Origin: Blastocladiella emersonii ATCC 22665
Taxonomy: Eukaryota > Fungi > Blastocladiomycota
Assembly (NCBI GenBank): GCA_025594325.1
Contig: JANHCV010000001.1
Location: 3,286,001-3,350,000 of the forward strand
Direction: 5' to 3'
DNA: 64,000 bases
The notes under the pieces: model-generated
Told to the model about the DNA's origin: nothing
Databases searched by the model: none
Seen by the model: only the letters and a program-made list of their open reading frames with translations
Made by a program: the position numbers and the translations under genes
Shown here: one piece after another, positions 33,758-46,328 of the stretch
Layout of the letters: each line of letters starts with the position of its first letter
Numbering within the stretch: the stretch's first letter is position 1

Positions 33758-34936
33758 TCAAATTTCGAGAAACACCTGTCCCGCCAGGTACGCGTCAACG
33801 GTGGGCGGAACCAGCTGGAAATGGCCCGTGATGATGTTGCGCCGGTACAAGCACGTCTTCAAGTTTGAGAACAGGAATGCGGCGAAGTAGAGATCGCGGA
33901 GCGGGTGCATGTAAAGCTGGTTGTTCCTGGCGTAGTCCAAGAAGGCCCAGTCCTTCAGGACCATGCCGAATCCCCACTCGACGGACACACGCGCGGCGGA
34001 CATGCGACGCTTGTAGGCAGCAAGGTCAGCGGGCAGGTTGCGACCACGGAGCGGCGTCAGGATGGTCGGACCCACGGGGTACGCCGAGTCAGCATAAAGA
34101 AAGTACGGCCGACCGTCCGGTGCGAGAGGGAGTTGTGCAAGGCGGTAAAGAAGCTGGGAGCGACGAAGAACGTTGGCGTCGTGGAACGAGGCCGGCCACA
34201 CGCCGCGAACATCAATAAAAAGACCGTTTGGCGCCATGACGCCCTGCACTGTGAGACCATGAACGCGCTTGCGGCCCGTGTAAACGATGCGCTGAACCGC
34301 GTTATCGCCACCCGGACGAGCGATACGCTTGATGGTGCCGTCAAGAAAGCCGATACAGTGTTGTACGGGAGCCCCGGAAGCATGGACCACAGCAGCGAAC
34401 TGCTACAGCGCTCGTGGCGGCATCGCCTCAACGCGGATAGTCAGAAGGTGCGACCAGGTCTGGATGATCTGGCGGAGCGTCGTGTTTATGATCCGCGAGA
34501 GCACCGACCCATCGTATGGAAAGATTGGGCATAAATCACCAAGTCGGCACGGATACGCGAGGCGGCGGAGCAGGACGCACAGCGCGACTTCACAGTGAAC
34601 GGTTGCGTGGCGGACATCCAACACGATATACTCTGGCAGTAGTTGGTGCGCGAGATAGCGGATGTCGTCGCGCTGGAAGCGGAACTTGGCCCAGCAGTCT
34701 CGGTCATCGAGCTCGTCAAGGACAAACGGGTGCTGTCGCCACATCTGCCTGCCGTGAGGCTTTGAGCGAGGGGCAAGGAGCGCGGCGACGCGCGCTTGGT
34801 GCATCAGCAGCGCCCGCTGCTCCCGCTGTCGCACAAGCGCCTGAGCAAGTTGGACCACCTCGGGCGGCGCGAACTGAGGAGCAAGCTGGCCGTTCATGAG
34901 AGCCATTGCAGCAAGAAAGAGTCCATTATGATCCAT
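33758..34936 (-). pseudogene. Harbinger/PIF-like DDE transposase with one in-frame TAG (34403-34405)
   Basis: ALCVLLRRLAYPCRLGDL, GFLDGT (D), VYTGRKRVHG, HDANVL, LYADSAYP (D) and RVSVEWGFG (E). The two listed ORFs are in the same frame and separated by ...CTG TAG CAG TTC. Confidence 0.9.
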
Positions 34937-34995
34937 GATGTACGTTCGGTCGAGGCACGATGGGGAGAGTCGACGAGTTCCAGCGCGCTCGACAT

Positions 34996-35108
34996 GAAGG
35001 CGCGCCGGGGTGGCTGAGGCCCACGCGGCCCCCGCGTGACCGGATTTGCACGCGTTTTGCTCGGGATTCGCTTGCTCAGGATTTGCTTGCTAAACCCCGC
35101 AAACCCTC
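34996..35108 (-). repeat. Right terminal inverted repeat (113 bp)
   Basis: Reverse complement of 32910-33022. Confidence 0.95.
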
Positions 35109-35413
35109 AAATGCATGGAGTGGAGATGGAGATGATTCGTATCCCTGCTTGCGACTCGCCTCGCACTCTTGCTGAACTCGCCCAGAGTTCATCCCTGCCC
35201 GCTCGCAAGTTGCAACGGCGAGGCCTCGCCGCAACCAAGCACCCGTCTTTGAGCATGGGGCCGAATGTGAATCACTGGGCGCGAGCCAAGCCCGAGTTCT
35301 GAGTCTGAGTCGACTAGCGGCACGAAGGTGCCAAGTCAGGCGCTTGCGAGCGCCACGTCGAAGTGCCTCCAGCCGCAGCAGGCGAGGGACTCGATTACGG
35401 CAAGTTCCCGCCC

Positions 35414-35420
35414 TATAAAA
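35414..35420 (+). promoter_or_regulatory. TATA box (TATAAAA) upstream of the AAA ATPase
   Basis: Canonical heptamer about 65 bp upstream of the ATG at 35485. Confidence 0.45.
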
Positions 35421-35484
35421 GGGCTGCTCGCTCCCCGCACTGCATTGCTGATCCCCACCAAGCATTCGCAGTTCGCTGTACACC

Positions 35485-38225
35485 ATGTCAAACAACCATA
35501 CCAGCCTAGGCTTCATGGCGACCGCCTTCGCCGGCGCCGTCCTCGCGTCGGCTGCCACCGCGGGCGTCGCCGCGGCCCTCGTCCTCAAGCTGTCGCACGG
35601 CCGCAAGACGCGCCGCTCGCGCCGCGGCGGTCGCCGTCGTGCCGCTCCGGTTGCCGCTGCGTCCGGCCACGCCTCGGGCGCCGAGGACTGGACCGACGCG
35701 GTCAAGGCCGACGACGACAGCAGCAGCTCTGACGAGGAGAACGAGGACTCGGACGCCGAGTCGGTCATCTCCGAGGAGTACGACTTCAAGTACATGCGCG
35801 ACGCCGACGGCACCTCGCAGTCCAACGGCGCGTCGTACGCCGAGGACCAGCCCAACCGCTACGACTACGACGCCGAGGACGCCGGCGAGGACCTCGACTC
35901 GGACCAGGAGCGCGACGAGCGCAAGAAGTTTGTCGCCAAGCGCAAGGCCTTTGACGCCTCGCGCGCCACCGGCGACGACGCCGCGCCGGCCTCGCCCACG
36001 TTTCCGACCTCGCCCGTCTCGCCCGTCTCGCCCGACGCTGCCAAGAGCGACGCCGAGCACGAGAGCGACGACGAGGACGACGAGGAGGAGAACAAGTCCA
36101 AGGTGCTGCGGTTCCGCGTCCTCGACGAGGTCTGGAGTACGTGCTCGCGCACTTCCGTCGAATCCCGTCCGGACGGCACACTCACCATTCCTCTCACACC
36201 GTGCATCTAGACGAGAACAAGTACTCGTGGGTCGTCCTACGCAAGCGCAAGTCGTACGACGAGAAGGCCTACGCCTTCGTCGTGCACCGCCGCCTCGTCG
36301 CGTCGGGCTCGACCGGCCTGCACAAGACGATGCTTCGCATCCTGTCCCACCCGCTCGTCAAGGTCCTGCAGCAGACCCTGCCGCCTCACGATCGCCTGTA
36401 TGAGGCCGTGCCCTTCGTGCCCGTCAACCACGTCTACGCCGGCCGCAAGGAGCTCAAGAAGTGGCTCAACGACTACGAGGCCAAGCGCGCCGCCGGCAAG
36501 CTCGAGTCCAACGACGACGAGGACAAGGAGGAGGAGACGTCGACCGCTGTCGCTGAGGCGGATGCCACCAAGCCGTCGGGCCAGCCCGACGCCACGGCCG
36601 TCCTGTCCAAGCTGAGCGAGCTGTCGCCCGAGGAGCTCTCCGAATCCGCCTACGCCGTCCACCTGCTGCTCGACTTCCTGACCGAGGAGTACCGCGACAC
36701 GGTGGCCAAGTACGACGCCCTCATGCGCGACGGCCTCATCACCTACGACCTGCTGTGGCTGCTGTTCAACGTCAACGACATGGTCGTCTTCGACCACCCG
36801 GCGCTCAAGACGCAGCAGGGCATGCGCGTCACGGGCACGCGCTACGTGCCGGCCGACCTCGAGAACCCGGGCTACTTTTCGATTGCCGGCGACACGATCG
36901 AGTGGGGCGAGACGCACTTCTTCACGCACAACACGCGCCGCGGCATTGTCGAGTTCGCGGGCCCACGCCGCGTCACGGAGCTCTCGGTCCGCCCCGTCGA
37001 CACGCTCGTCGACGCGCACCGCGCGGCGCTCGTCAAGCGCGGCAAGCGGTACGCCGAGCTCGCCGGCGTGCACTACGTCGACTACAACGGGCCGATCGTG
37101 TTCCGCAACGGGTGCCGCATCATGCTGATCCCGTCGCGCGGGCGCGCCATGGTCGACCGCGCCGGGTTCGTCCAGCAGAACCCCGGTCAGCAGGTCAACT
37201 CCCCCGACACGTACACGGCGCAGCAGGAGGGCCTCGACACCATGGCCAAGAAGGGCGGCGCCAACGTCGAGAACGTCGGCGACTACAAGGACGACGACTT
37301 CCTCGTCATGCCGCCGACCGTCTACGGGTTCAGCCTGGGCAAGAAGGCGTGGGGCGAGCTGCTCGTCGACAACGTCTCGGAGATCCAGTTTGACGACACC
37401 GTGTACGACCAGCTCGTGCTCGCGCCCCGCACCAAGGCCATGATCCGCGGCCTGGTCGAGTCGCACATCGAGGGCGGCCTCGTCGGCGACGTCATTAAGG
37501 GCAAGGGCCAGGGCCTCGTGTTCCTCCTCTGTGGCAAGCCTGGCCTCGGGAAAACTTTAAGCGCGGAAGCTATCGCGGAGCAGCTGCGTCGCCCGCTGTA
37601 CAGCGTCGGCGTCGGCGAGCTCGGCGTGACCCCGACCGAGCTCGAGGCCAATCTGCAGGCTGCCCTGGACGTCGCCGAGTCCTGGAACGCTGTGCTGCTC
37701 CTGGACGAAGCCGACGTGATTTGCCAGCAGCGCAACTCCTCGGACCTGCTGCGCAACGCCATGGTCGCCATCTTCCTGCGCCTGCTCGAGTACTACTCGG
37801 GCATCATGATGCTCACGACCAACCGCGTGTCCGAGTTCGACCAGGCCTTCCACTCGCGCATCTCGCTCTCGCTGCGGTACCCGGACCTCGACGAGGTCGC
37901 GCGCCGCACCATCTGGACGCAGGTGCTCGACCGCATGCACCATGGCAAGGACGGCACCGAGTCGGCGTGGAGCGAGCGCATCGACCTCGACTCGCTGGTC
38001 CCGCTGCCGCTGAACGGGCGCCGCATCAAGGGCATCCTGCGGACGGCGCAGGCGCTCGCGCTGCACGACCGCGTCCCGCTGCAGCAGCACCACATCCTGT
38101 CGGTCATCGCCACGGTCAAGTCGTTTGCCGAGGACATGGACGACGAGATGTCCCACGTCAACGTCGACGGGTCGCTCACGCGCGCGGTCGACCCGATCAT
38201 GGATGTGCACGGCCGTGATCATTGA
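35485..38225 (+). CDS. Fungal-type AAA+ ATPase with a hydrophobic N-terminus and acidic linker, one intron (about 36131-36210)
   Basis: ITYDLLWLLF, GKGQGLVFLLCGKPGLGKTLSAE (Walker A), VLLLDEADV (Walker B), FLRLLEYYSGIMMLTTNR, FDQAFHSRI, LNGRRIK. Confidence 0.9.
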
Positions 38226-38343
38226 TGTCCTGTTCGATTCAGTATAAAGGTTAGCCATGATCACCCCATTCTGTCTCTGTATTCTTGTTGTCACGCTCAG
38301 TTAGGTCTCTCGGCCCTACTTCCATGTGTAGTGGGGAAGAGCC

Positions 38344-39713
38344 GAGTGCGCGAGTTGCTGGCCGGCTGCTTTGTGGCGCAGCGCGTCCGTCCCTGCTCCT
38401 CACCTCGCGCTGAAGCAATGTCCCTGCGCTCTGTTGCACGGCTTCTCTACGAGTGGAATACATAAATTTACGCGCTACACGCGAAACCTCAAATCGACCC
38501 GTGTGCGGCACTAGCAGTTTCGTGCGTTCAACCGCAGCAGCCCTTGGTCAGCGGCCAAAGGCCGACCGCCGTGACTAATTTGTTACGAGTGTCCGCAGCA
38601 TTCTGCGCTCGCTGCTCGCATCGACGGTTTGTGGGGGTGTCACGTAATCCGGCGTGATTGCTGACTGCGACGGGATACACGCGGCCATGCTCGAGACGCT
38701 CGCAACACAGAAAGTTCTTGCTCTCGCGGCCATGAACCTGCGCCGCCCTAACGACGCGGTTCATCGATAAGTTGGTCTCAAACCGCGCGGTCGTGAACTA
38801 GTACCACTCAGCAAACGAGAATCACTTAGGGAACGAGCGATAAGCATATGAGACCAGCAACAACTGGCGTCGTGTAGTCTGGGCCCATGGCTATCGCGGC
38901 GTGGCCATGATCGCGACGCGGTCATGATCGCTGACCTAGCGCAAGCTCGTGTTCGCGCTTCCGCGCGGTAGAGCTGGCGGCCATGTGGATGTTTCCGACC
39001 ATGACCCGCGTTGGCGCCACCGATGAACGGCGTCGTCAGGGCGGCGCAGGTTCATGGCCGCGAGAGCAAGAACTTTCTGTGTTGCGAGCGTCTCGAGCAT
39101 GGCCGCGTGTATCCCGTCGCAGTCAGCAATCACGCCGGATTACGTGACACCCCCACAAACCGTCGATGCGAGCAGCGAGCGCAGAATGCTGCGGACACTC
39201 GTAACAAATTAGTCACGGCGGTCGGCCTTTGGCCGCTGACCAAGGGCTGCTGCGGTTGAACGCACGAAACTGCTAGTGCCGCACACGGGTCGATTTGAGG
39301 TTTCGCGTGTAGCGCGTACATTTATACATTCCACTCGTAGAGAAGCCGTGCAACAGAGCGCAGTGAAGAGCACCGTGGGGGGAAGCACGGCGCTGGTGGT
39401 GTCGAGCCCACACGATTCCCGAGACAACTGTATGATCCGGAAACGTGAGCTAAAGAGAGCTCACGTCCGCGGCGAGGGTGCGGCCACCTTTTGAGGGCGA
39501 CAGGAAACGGGCGGCGAGTCACCAGCTGCGGCCGGGCGCGAACAGCCGTGTTCGCGGTGGTGGGAAATGTGGCGCGATCAGCGCTACGCGCGCGCGCGTG
39601 ACCCGAGCATCACGCGCGTCGCGCGACAGCAGGGACATTGCTTCAGCGCGAGGCGAGGAGCAGGGACGGACGCGCTGCGCCACAAAGCAGCCGGCCGGCA
39701 ACGCGCGCCACTC
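38344..39713. repeat. Long inverted repeat (foldback). Left arm 38344-38766; 254-bp spacer; right arm 39021-39363 plus 39633-39713, interrupted by about 265 bp
   Basis: 38424-38766 and 39021-39363 are reverse complements (343 bp, about 5 mismatches by eye). 38344-38423 pairs with 39633-39713. The interruption is bounded by GCAG microhomology. Confidence 0.93.
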
Positions 39714-40449
39714 CCGCAGAGCAACCCGCATGAAATCTTGAGCCAAGTTCCCTTGCTTGAACTCACGCTGCAACTGTCGGATTATTACCGCTCTGGGACC
39801 AAAGCCGCGCGTAGCTGATGCCAAGGAGCCGACGAGTCCAACGAATCCGACTTGACCCGTTGGCCGATCCAGTTGCAAACGCACGTCCCCTACTGAAGCC
39901 CAATCAAGTCTTCTCGCTACCTATGAGCGCGGGACGAGTGGGTCCTGCAGCTGAGCCCGGCCGTTGAACGATCGGAGCGCGGCGGGGTGAGCGGTGATGG
40001 CGGAAATGATGCCACGGCGAGTATCTATTTTCCATACCACTATCACGGAACACGGGACACGCTGCGTTTTTCGATCAATACTCGTGAAGAGGGGGCGTTG
40101 GGAGCCACAACGCGGATCAAGGGGAGCCGCGCACGGAACGGCAAGACAACGCGCTGCGCCACTTCACACGTGAGCAAAACCACGCAACAGGGAAGCACGT
40201 GAGCGCAAAAACCGTGTTGTTGTTCGCGCGCGCTCCGCCGCGTGTTTGGAGACAGCGCTGAGCGAGCGATCGGCCGCACCCGGCACGGCGATCCCTTCGC
40301 TTCCCCTCTCCCCGACTCTGCTCCGCTGCACCCACTCCCACCCTATTTGCCACGGATCACGGATTGCGTCGTTGTCGTTGCCAAGTGTGCCTGCCCTGCA
40401 CGTCGCCCGACCCCGCCCCGACCCCGTCCCTCCACCCCGTACCTTCGTC

Positions 40450-43400
40450 ATGGCGAAAAAGTCGTCCAAGCGCTCGCCCGCCGCCGCGGCCCCCAAGGCC
40501 GCTGCCGCTGTTGCGGAGCCCGTGATCGCCGACAAGGCCGAGGCTGCGCCCGCCCCCGCCGTCGTCGAGGTGGCCGAGATCACCGAGGCCACTGCTGAGG
40601 TCGCTGAGGCTGCCGAGGCCGAGCAGACTGCTGGTATGCTTGCGCGGTCGTGTTCCTCCGCACGACTATGGATTGCTGACTCGGGACCCGCTCTTGCAGA
40701 CGACGAGGCCAAGTACAGCAGCATCACGCTCACGATCCGCCTGCCCAACCAGCGCACCGTCCAGCACACGGTACGGAGGGCTTTCCGCGCTCGCACCACA
40801 TCCGAGAAGCGATCCACTGACCCGACATCTCTCGCGTTCACAGACGGTCCTCACCGAGAACGTTGCCGCCGTGCACCAGACCATTCTGGAGAACCCGCGC
40901 ATGGTCCACTACTCGTCGTCGCACCTCGCGCTCGCCGGCAAGCGCCTGGCCGGCCACGAGGTCGTCGGCAGCCTCGCCTTCCCCGAGGGCGCCGCCGAGA
41001 AGGTCCTGGACCTCGTCGAGCAGCCCTACGGCGAGCGCGACGTGCGCGTGCACGTCCAGCGCCTGCACAACATCCTGTACTCGCACTCGACGCGCGCCCA
41101 GTCCGACGCCCCCGCCATCGACACGGGCGTGTCGGCCTTCAAGTTCGTGACGGGCGAGCGGTACCTCGCCAACCCGGCCTTTGACGCCGACGCCGCCGAG
41201 CTCTACGCCAAGGACAAGCGCCACTTCGAGACCGTCTACGACAACGAGGACTCGGCCCACCACGAGTTTGGCGAGTTTGTCGCCGCTAACGCCGCCAAGA
41301 ACCGCAAGGTCGTCAAGGCCCTGACCGGCCTCGCCGTCAGCGGCTGGAACCCCGTCCCCGCCTGGCGCCGCCTGCGCGGCGACCTCCTGTACCTCGCCGC
41401 CACCTTCACCAACGGCGAGACGGTCCACATCACCGCGTCGCGCGACGGCTTCTTCGCCAACAACTCGACCGACGCCGCCTTTGACCCGGCCCGCCGCTCC
41501 GCGCCCGTCCACTCGCTCGCCAAGCTGCTCGCCAACCTCAACGGCAACTTCTCCAAGACCTTCACCAAGACCCTCGACCGCCTCGCCGAGGCCCGCGAGT
41601 CGCTCTTCGCCCCCGTCGAGGACACGGAGATCGCCACCTGCATCCCCGCCATCAACTGGAACGTGTCCGTCGGCGACGCCGCCACCGACCACGTCTTCGA
41701 TCCGCTGCGCGGCATTGGGTCGATTGGCGGCGGGTCCACGGTTCTCGAGGCGTCGGCGCTCGACGCGATGCGCGATATGAACGACGACCTGCAGATCAAC
41801 TACACCATGGCCGTGGCCGATGCCGACGACCCGACGTACGGCGAGCTGCCGCCGCTCGTCCGCGTGCGCCAGTACACGATGCTGCAGAACCAGTTTGTCA
41901 AGCTCGCGACCGCGGGTGCCCGCGGCATCCTCGACGGGTCGATCCCGTCCATCACGAGCAGCCCCGAGGACCCGACCAACCTCAAGGAGCAGATGTTCAT
42001 CTGGAACGGCATCTTCTTCTCGCACGCCGACGCCGAGGCCGCCCGCGTCCGCCTCGCCCGCGACAACCACGCCGACTCGGCCGCCGCCGCCCGCACCATT
42101 GTCGGCAAGGACGTGACGGCGATCCGCCTGCTGCAGAACCTCGGCATCCGCGGCCTGCACACCATGCAGACCGCCGTCATTGACCTGCACGGCCACCGCA
42201 TCGTCGCGCAGTGCCTCGTCCCCGGCATCATGGGCGACGGCATCTCGGCCGCGCAGATCGTGTACGGCGCCCAGGACGACCAGACGGCGCCCGAGGACTC
42301 GATGGAGCCGAGCCAGATCAAGGCCGACCCCGAGTTCCACGCGCTGCTCGCCCAGGCCGCCGAGAAGCTGCACTGGAAGGAGCACGAGGTGACGTGCGAG
42401 GTCACGGGCGAGAAGGTGCCGCTGTGGTCGTCGGCCGACCACAAGGGCCTCGTCGGCCACGACGGCCGCAAGTACCTGTTCGAGGCGTGGCGCTCGACGC
42501 CCCTCGACACGGCCTTCCTCGACGACGTGGCCGCCGACAAGGTCGGCCCCGCGTACCCGCACGTCTACACGCTGGTGCGCCCCGAGCTCATCAACCTGCT
42601 CCAGGAGAGCGTGACCCAGGACCACATCACGGCGGGTCTCGCCGAGTTCAAGGCGCGCCGCGAGGCCGAAGGCGCCGCCGGTGAGGACGTCGAGATCCCG
42701 TCGGCCGACCTCGAGGCCATTGTCGGCTCGGTGCCCAAGCTCCGCTTCAACACGGACCTCGGCACCGCCTGGGCTAAGAAGGAGGACGCCGACCCCGCCG
42801 ACGTCGAGGCCCACCAGACCCTCAGCAACTACCTGTACCAGACGGCCATCCCCAACTTCGTCATGTCCATTGCCCGCATCGCGGCGATCCCGACCACCAG
42901 CGCCTCGCTCACCTCGACGCTGCACGAGCAGGGTGTCTCGATGCGCCACCTCGCCTACATCATCAAGGCCATCGACATGGCCATCGCCAACGCCGACGCC
43001 GAGCACTCGGTCGCCCTCGCCAAGGCCGCCGAGATCGCCCAGAAGCACATCGCCAAGCAGGAGGCCAAGCTCGCCAAGGCGCAGGCCAAGGCTGCCAAGG
43101 CCCAGGCCAAGGCCGCCAAGGGTGAGGCGGAGGAGGAGATCATCAAGCCCGAGGGCGCCAAGGAGAGCGACGACGAGGACGACAAGGAGGACGACAAGGA
43201 GGACGAGGACGAGGAGAAGGTGCCCTCGACCAGCGGTCCCGCCCAGGTCCGCCTCCGCCTCACGGCGCTCAAGGCTATTGTCGAGCGCGAGATCCTGCTG
43301 CGCGTCTTCAAGCACACGGCGCGCGCGTACCTCGCCAAGTCGACGGACCTGCCGTCGGCCACGGCCGCGCTGCTTACGGCGTTCGTCAACCTCGAGGAGC

Positions 43401-44653
43401 TCCCCGCCGCCCCCGAGACCAAGCCCGTCATCGACGCCGCCAACCCCGCCGAGCTGACGTCGGCCGCGCTCGCCGCCGCCATCGCGTACGAGGCCGCCGC
43501 GCGGTTCCGCTACACGTTCCCCGCGGGCGCCACCACGGCCACGGCCAAGAAGGTGCTCCTCCGCGAGGCCGCCCTCAAGCTCGGCGCGCAGCTCGTGGCG
43601 CGTACCTACGGCCCGTCGTTCCGCGTCGAGGAGCGCGACGTGGTCCAGCTCGCGCCCAAGGTCAAGACCAGCTTCTTCCGCAGCCAGCTCGTCTCGAGCC
43701 ACCTCGAGTACGCGCAGACGACGATGCAGGGCGACACGGTGCAGGCGGTGCACAACGCCTTCGAGCAGGCGCTCATGATGTACGAGCAGGCGTACTCGCT
43801 GGCGCACCCCGAGACGCTGCAGGTCATGTCGACGACGGCCGAGATCTGCCACACCATGTACCGCAAGTCCAAGAACGAGGAGACGCTGTACCTGGAGCGC
43901 GCGCTCGAGCTGCAGCGCCAGGTGGTGCTCGGGTCGGAGCGCGTGTTCGGGCTCGACGCGGCCGAGACGGCCACCGCTTACCAGTCGCTCGCGCACTTCG
44001 AGGCCGCGGCGGGCCGCATCCGCCTCGCGCTCAAGTACCTGCGCCACGCCGAGTTCCTGACCGAGCTCCAGACGGGTACCGCGGACCTGCACCCCGAGTG
44101 GGTCGCGACGGCCAACATGACGTCGCGCCTGCACGAGGCGATCGGCCGGTTCGACCACGCCATCGCCGCGCAGCTCAAGCTGCACGAGTACTACAAGACG
44201 CACCTCGGCGCCAACGAGTCGGCCACGGCCTCGGCCGCGTACCAGCTCGGCAACCAGTACTGCTCGATCGGCGACTTTGACCGCGCCCTGCCGTACCTGG
44301 GCGAGGCGTCGCGCACCTGGTTCGAGAAGTTCGGCCCCAAGGACGGCCGCGCCATCAACGCGTCGCAGTTCTTCCAGGCGGTCCAGATCCACCGCGCCAA
44401 CCTCGCGTTCGAGGCGCAGAACGCCGAGAAGCTCCGCCAGTCGGGCGAGCTCAAGCGCAAGCAGGAGGCCGAGGAGCGCAAGACGATCGGCACCAAGGGC
44501 GACATGCCCATCGAGGACATCCTCGCCTACATTGACGGCAAGCCGTCCAAGGGCGGCAAGGGCAAGAAGCGCAAGAACCAGGGCGTCGCTGCGGCCGAGA
44601 GCGCGGCCGCCAAGGCCACCTCGTCCAGCTCGCGCAAGGGCAAGAAGAACTAA
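40450..44653 (+). CDS. CLU1: Clustered mitochondria protein CLU1/TIF31 (CLU and TPR domains), two 5' introns
   Basis: LAVSGWNPVPAWRRLRGDLLYL, SRDGFFAN, QMFIWNGIFFS, IDLHGHRIVAQCLVPGI, KGLVGHDGRKYL, C-terminal TPR helices and MPIEDILAYI. Confidence 0.93.
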
Positions 44654-44927
44654 GGCTTCGTCGTGTCAGTTTTGTGTTTTGATTTCATTCCCGTCCGCGG
44701 CCAGTGAGCTCCTAGTGATGGCCACCGACCGCGGGCTCCTCGTAGTTGCAAATGTATCGTTGATTAGCTGCAGTCGTCTCTCGTTTCGGCCGCCTGAGGA
44801 GTTGATCGTGGCCGTGGCCGTGGCCGCGACCGCAGCCGTGACTGGCGAGTTCTCTCAAAAGGTTTCGTCCGAATAGTAGTGATATGTATGGTGGGGTAGA
44901 GGAGGATGCGAACGACAGCGAGGATCT

Positions 44928-46328
44928 TTACTTGTACTCCTGGTTGATCTCGCGGCCGATGAGCCAGCGGCGGATCTCGGAGGTGCCGGCGCCGATCTCG
45001 TACAGCTTGGCGTCGCGGAGGATGCGGCCGGTCGGGAAGTCGTTGGTGTAGCCGACGCCGCCGAGCATCTGGATCGCGTCGAGAGCGACCTCGGTGGCGC
45101 GCTCGGCCGTGTACAGGATGACGCCGGCGCAGTCCTTGTTGGAGACGCGGCCCTCGTCGCACGCGCGCGCCGTCGCGTAAAGGTACGAGCGGGAGGCGGA
45201 CAGCTTGACGTACATGTCGGCGATCTTGCCCTGGACCAGCTGGAAGTGGCCGATCGGCTTGCCGAACTGCTTGCGCTCGTGCACGTACGGGAACACGACG
45301 TCGCACGCGGCCTGCATCAGACCGACGGGGCCGCCGGCGAGCACCAGGCGCTCGAGGTCCAGGCCGGACATGAGCACGTAGACGCCCTTGCCCTCACCGC
45401 CCAGGACGTTCTCGGCGGGGACCTCGACGTTCTCGAAGACGAGCTCGTGCGTGTTGGAGCCGCGCATGCCGAGCTTGTCGAACTTCTCGGACGCCGAGAA
45501 GCCCTTCATGCCCTTCTCGATGATGAAGGCGGTGATACCGTGCGGGCCCTTGTCGGGGTTGGTCTTGGCGTACACGACCAGGGTATCGGCGGATCCACCG
45601 TTCGTGATCCAGGTCTACCGTCGCGCGCAATGGTGTTGATTAGACGTCAGTAGGGGAGGTGGAAGTCGCTGGTGGTCGAGAGCCGTACCTTGGTGCCGTT
45701 GAGGATGTAGCGGTCGCCCTTCTTCTCGGCACGCAGGCGCATCGAGACGACGTCCGAGCCGGAGCCGGCCTCACTCATAGCGAGGGCGCCAACGTGCTCG
45801 CCCGAGATGAGCTTGGGGAGGTACTTGGCCTTCTGCGCCTCGTTACCGTTGCGGACGATCTGGTTGACGCAAAGGTTGGAGTGGGCGCCGTACGAGAGGG
45901 CGACGGCGCCGCTGGCGCGCGACAGCTCCTCCATGGCGAGGACGTGGGCCGTGTAGCCCATGCCGAGGCCGCCGTACTTCTCGGGGGCGGTGATGCCGAG
46001 CAGGCCCATGTCGCCGAACTTGCGCCACATGTCGGCGGGGAAGTCGTTGGCCTTGTCGATGGCGGCGGCGCGCGGCGCCAGCTCCTTCTGCGCAAAGTCG
46101 TGCACCGTCGAGTGCAGCTCGAGCAGCTCCGCCGACAGACCCATCGAGTTGTGGTTGGTCGTGGCGATGGCGCGCGACTAGACGGCGGCGGCGGTGACAA
46201 GCCGGCCACGGTCAGGGTGATCCGGTTGTTGTGGTAGGCGGGCTACGCAGGGTACACACCCCAACACGGGTCGCGGCGGACTGAGCGCGCATGGCACGGG
46301 CCGCAGAGGCGACGGAGCGAGACAGCAT
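44928..46328 (-). CDS. IVD: Isovaleryl-CoA dehydrogenase, mitochondrial precursor, spliced
   Basis: Arg/Ser-rich presequence [46 protein letters not shown]|[48 protein letters not shown]. Confidence 0.93.

Larger units (their letters stand above)
32910..35108 (-). mobile_element. PIF/Harbinger-group (PHIS) DNA transposon, 2199 bp, 113-bp TIRs, two convergent ORFs
   Basis: Near-perfect inverted termini flank a DDE transposase and a second ORF. The TSD is not cleanly resolved; AAT/AATG occurs on both flanks. Confidence 0.92.

Noticed and set aside
32456-35252. Short inverted match AAGACGG (about 32458) and CCGTCTT (about 35243) as possible outer transposon ends
   Set aside because: The match is only 7-8 bp and does not extend inward. 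The true 113-bp TIRs lie inside it.
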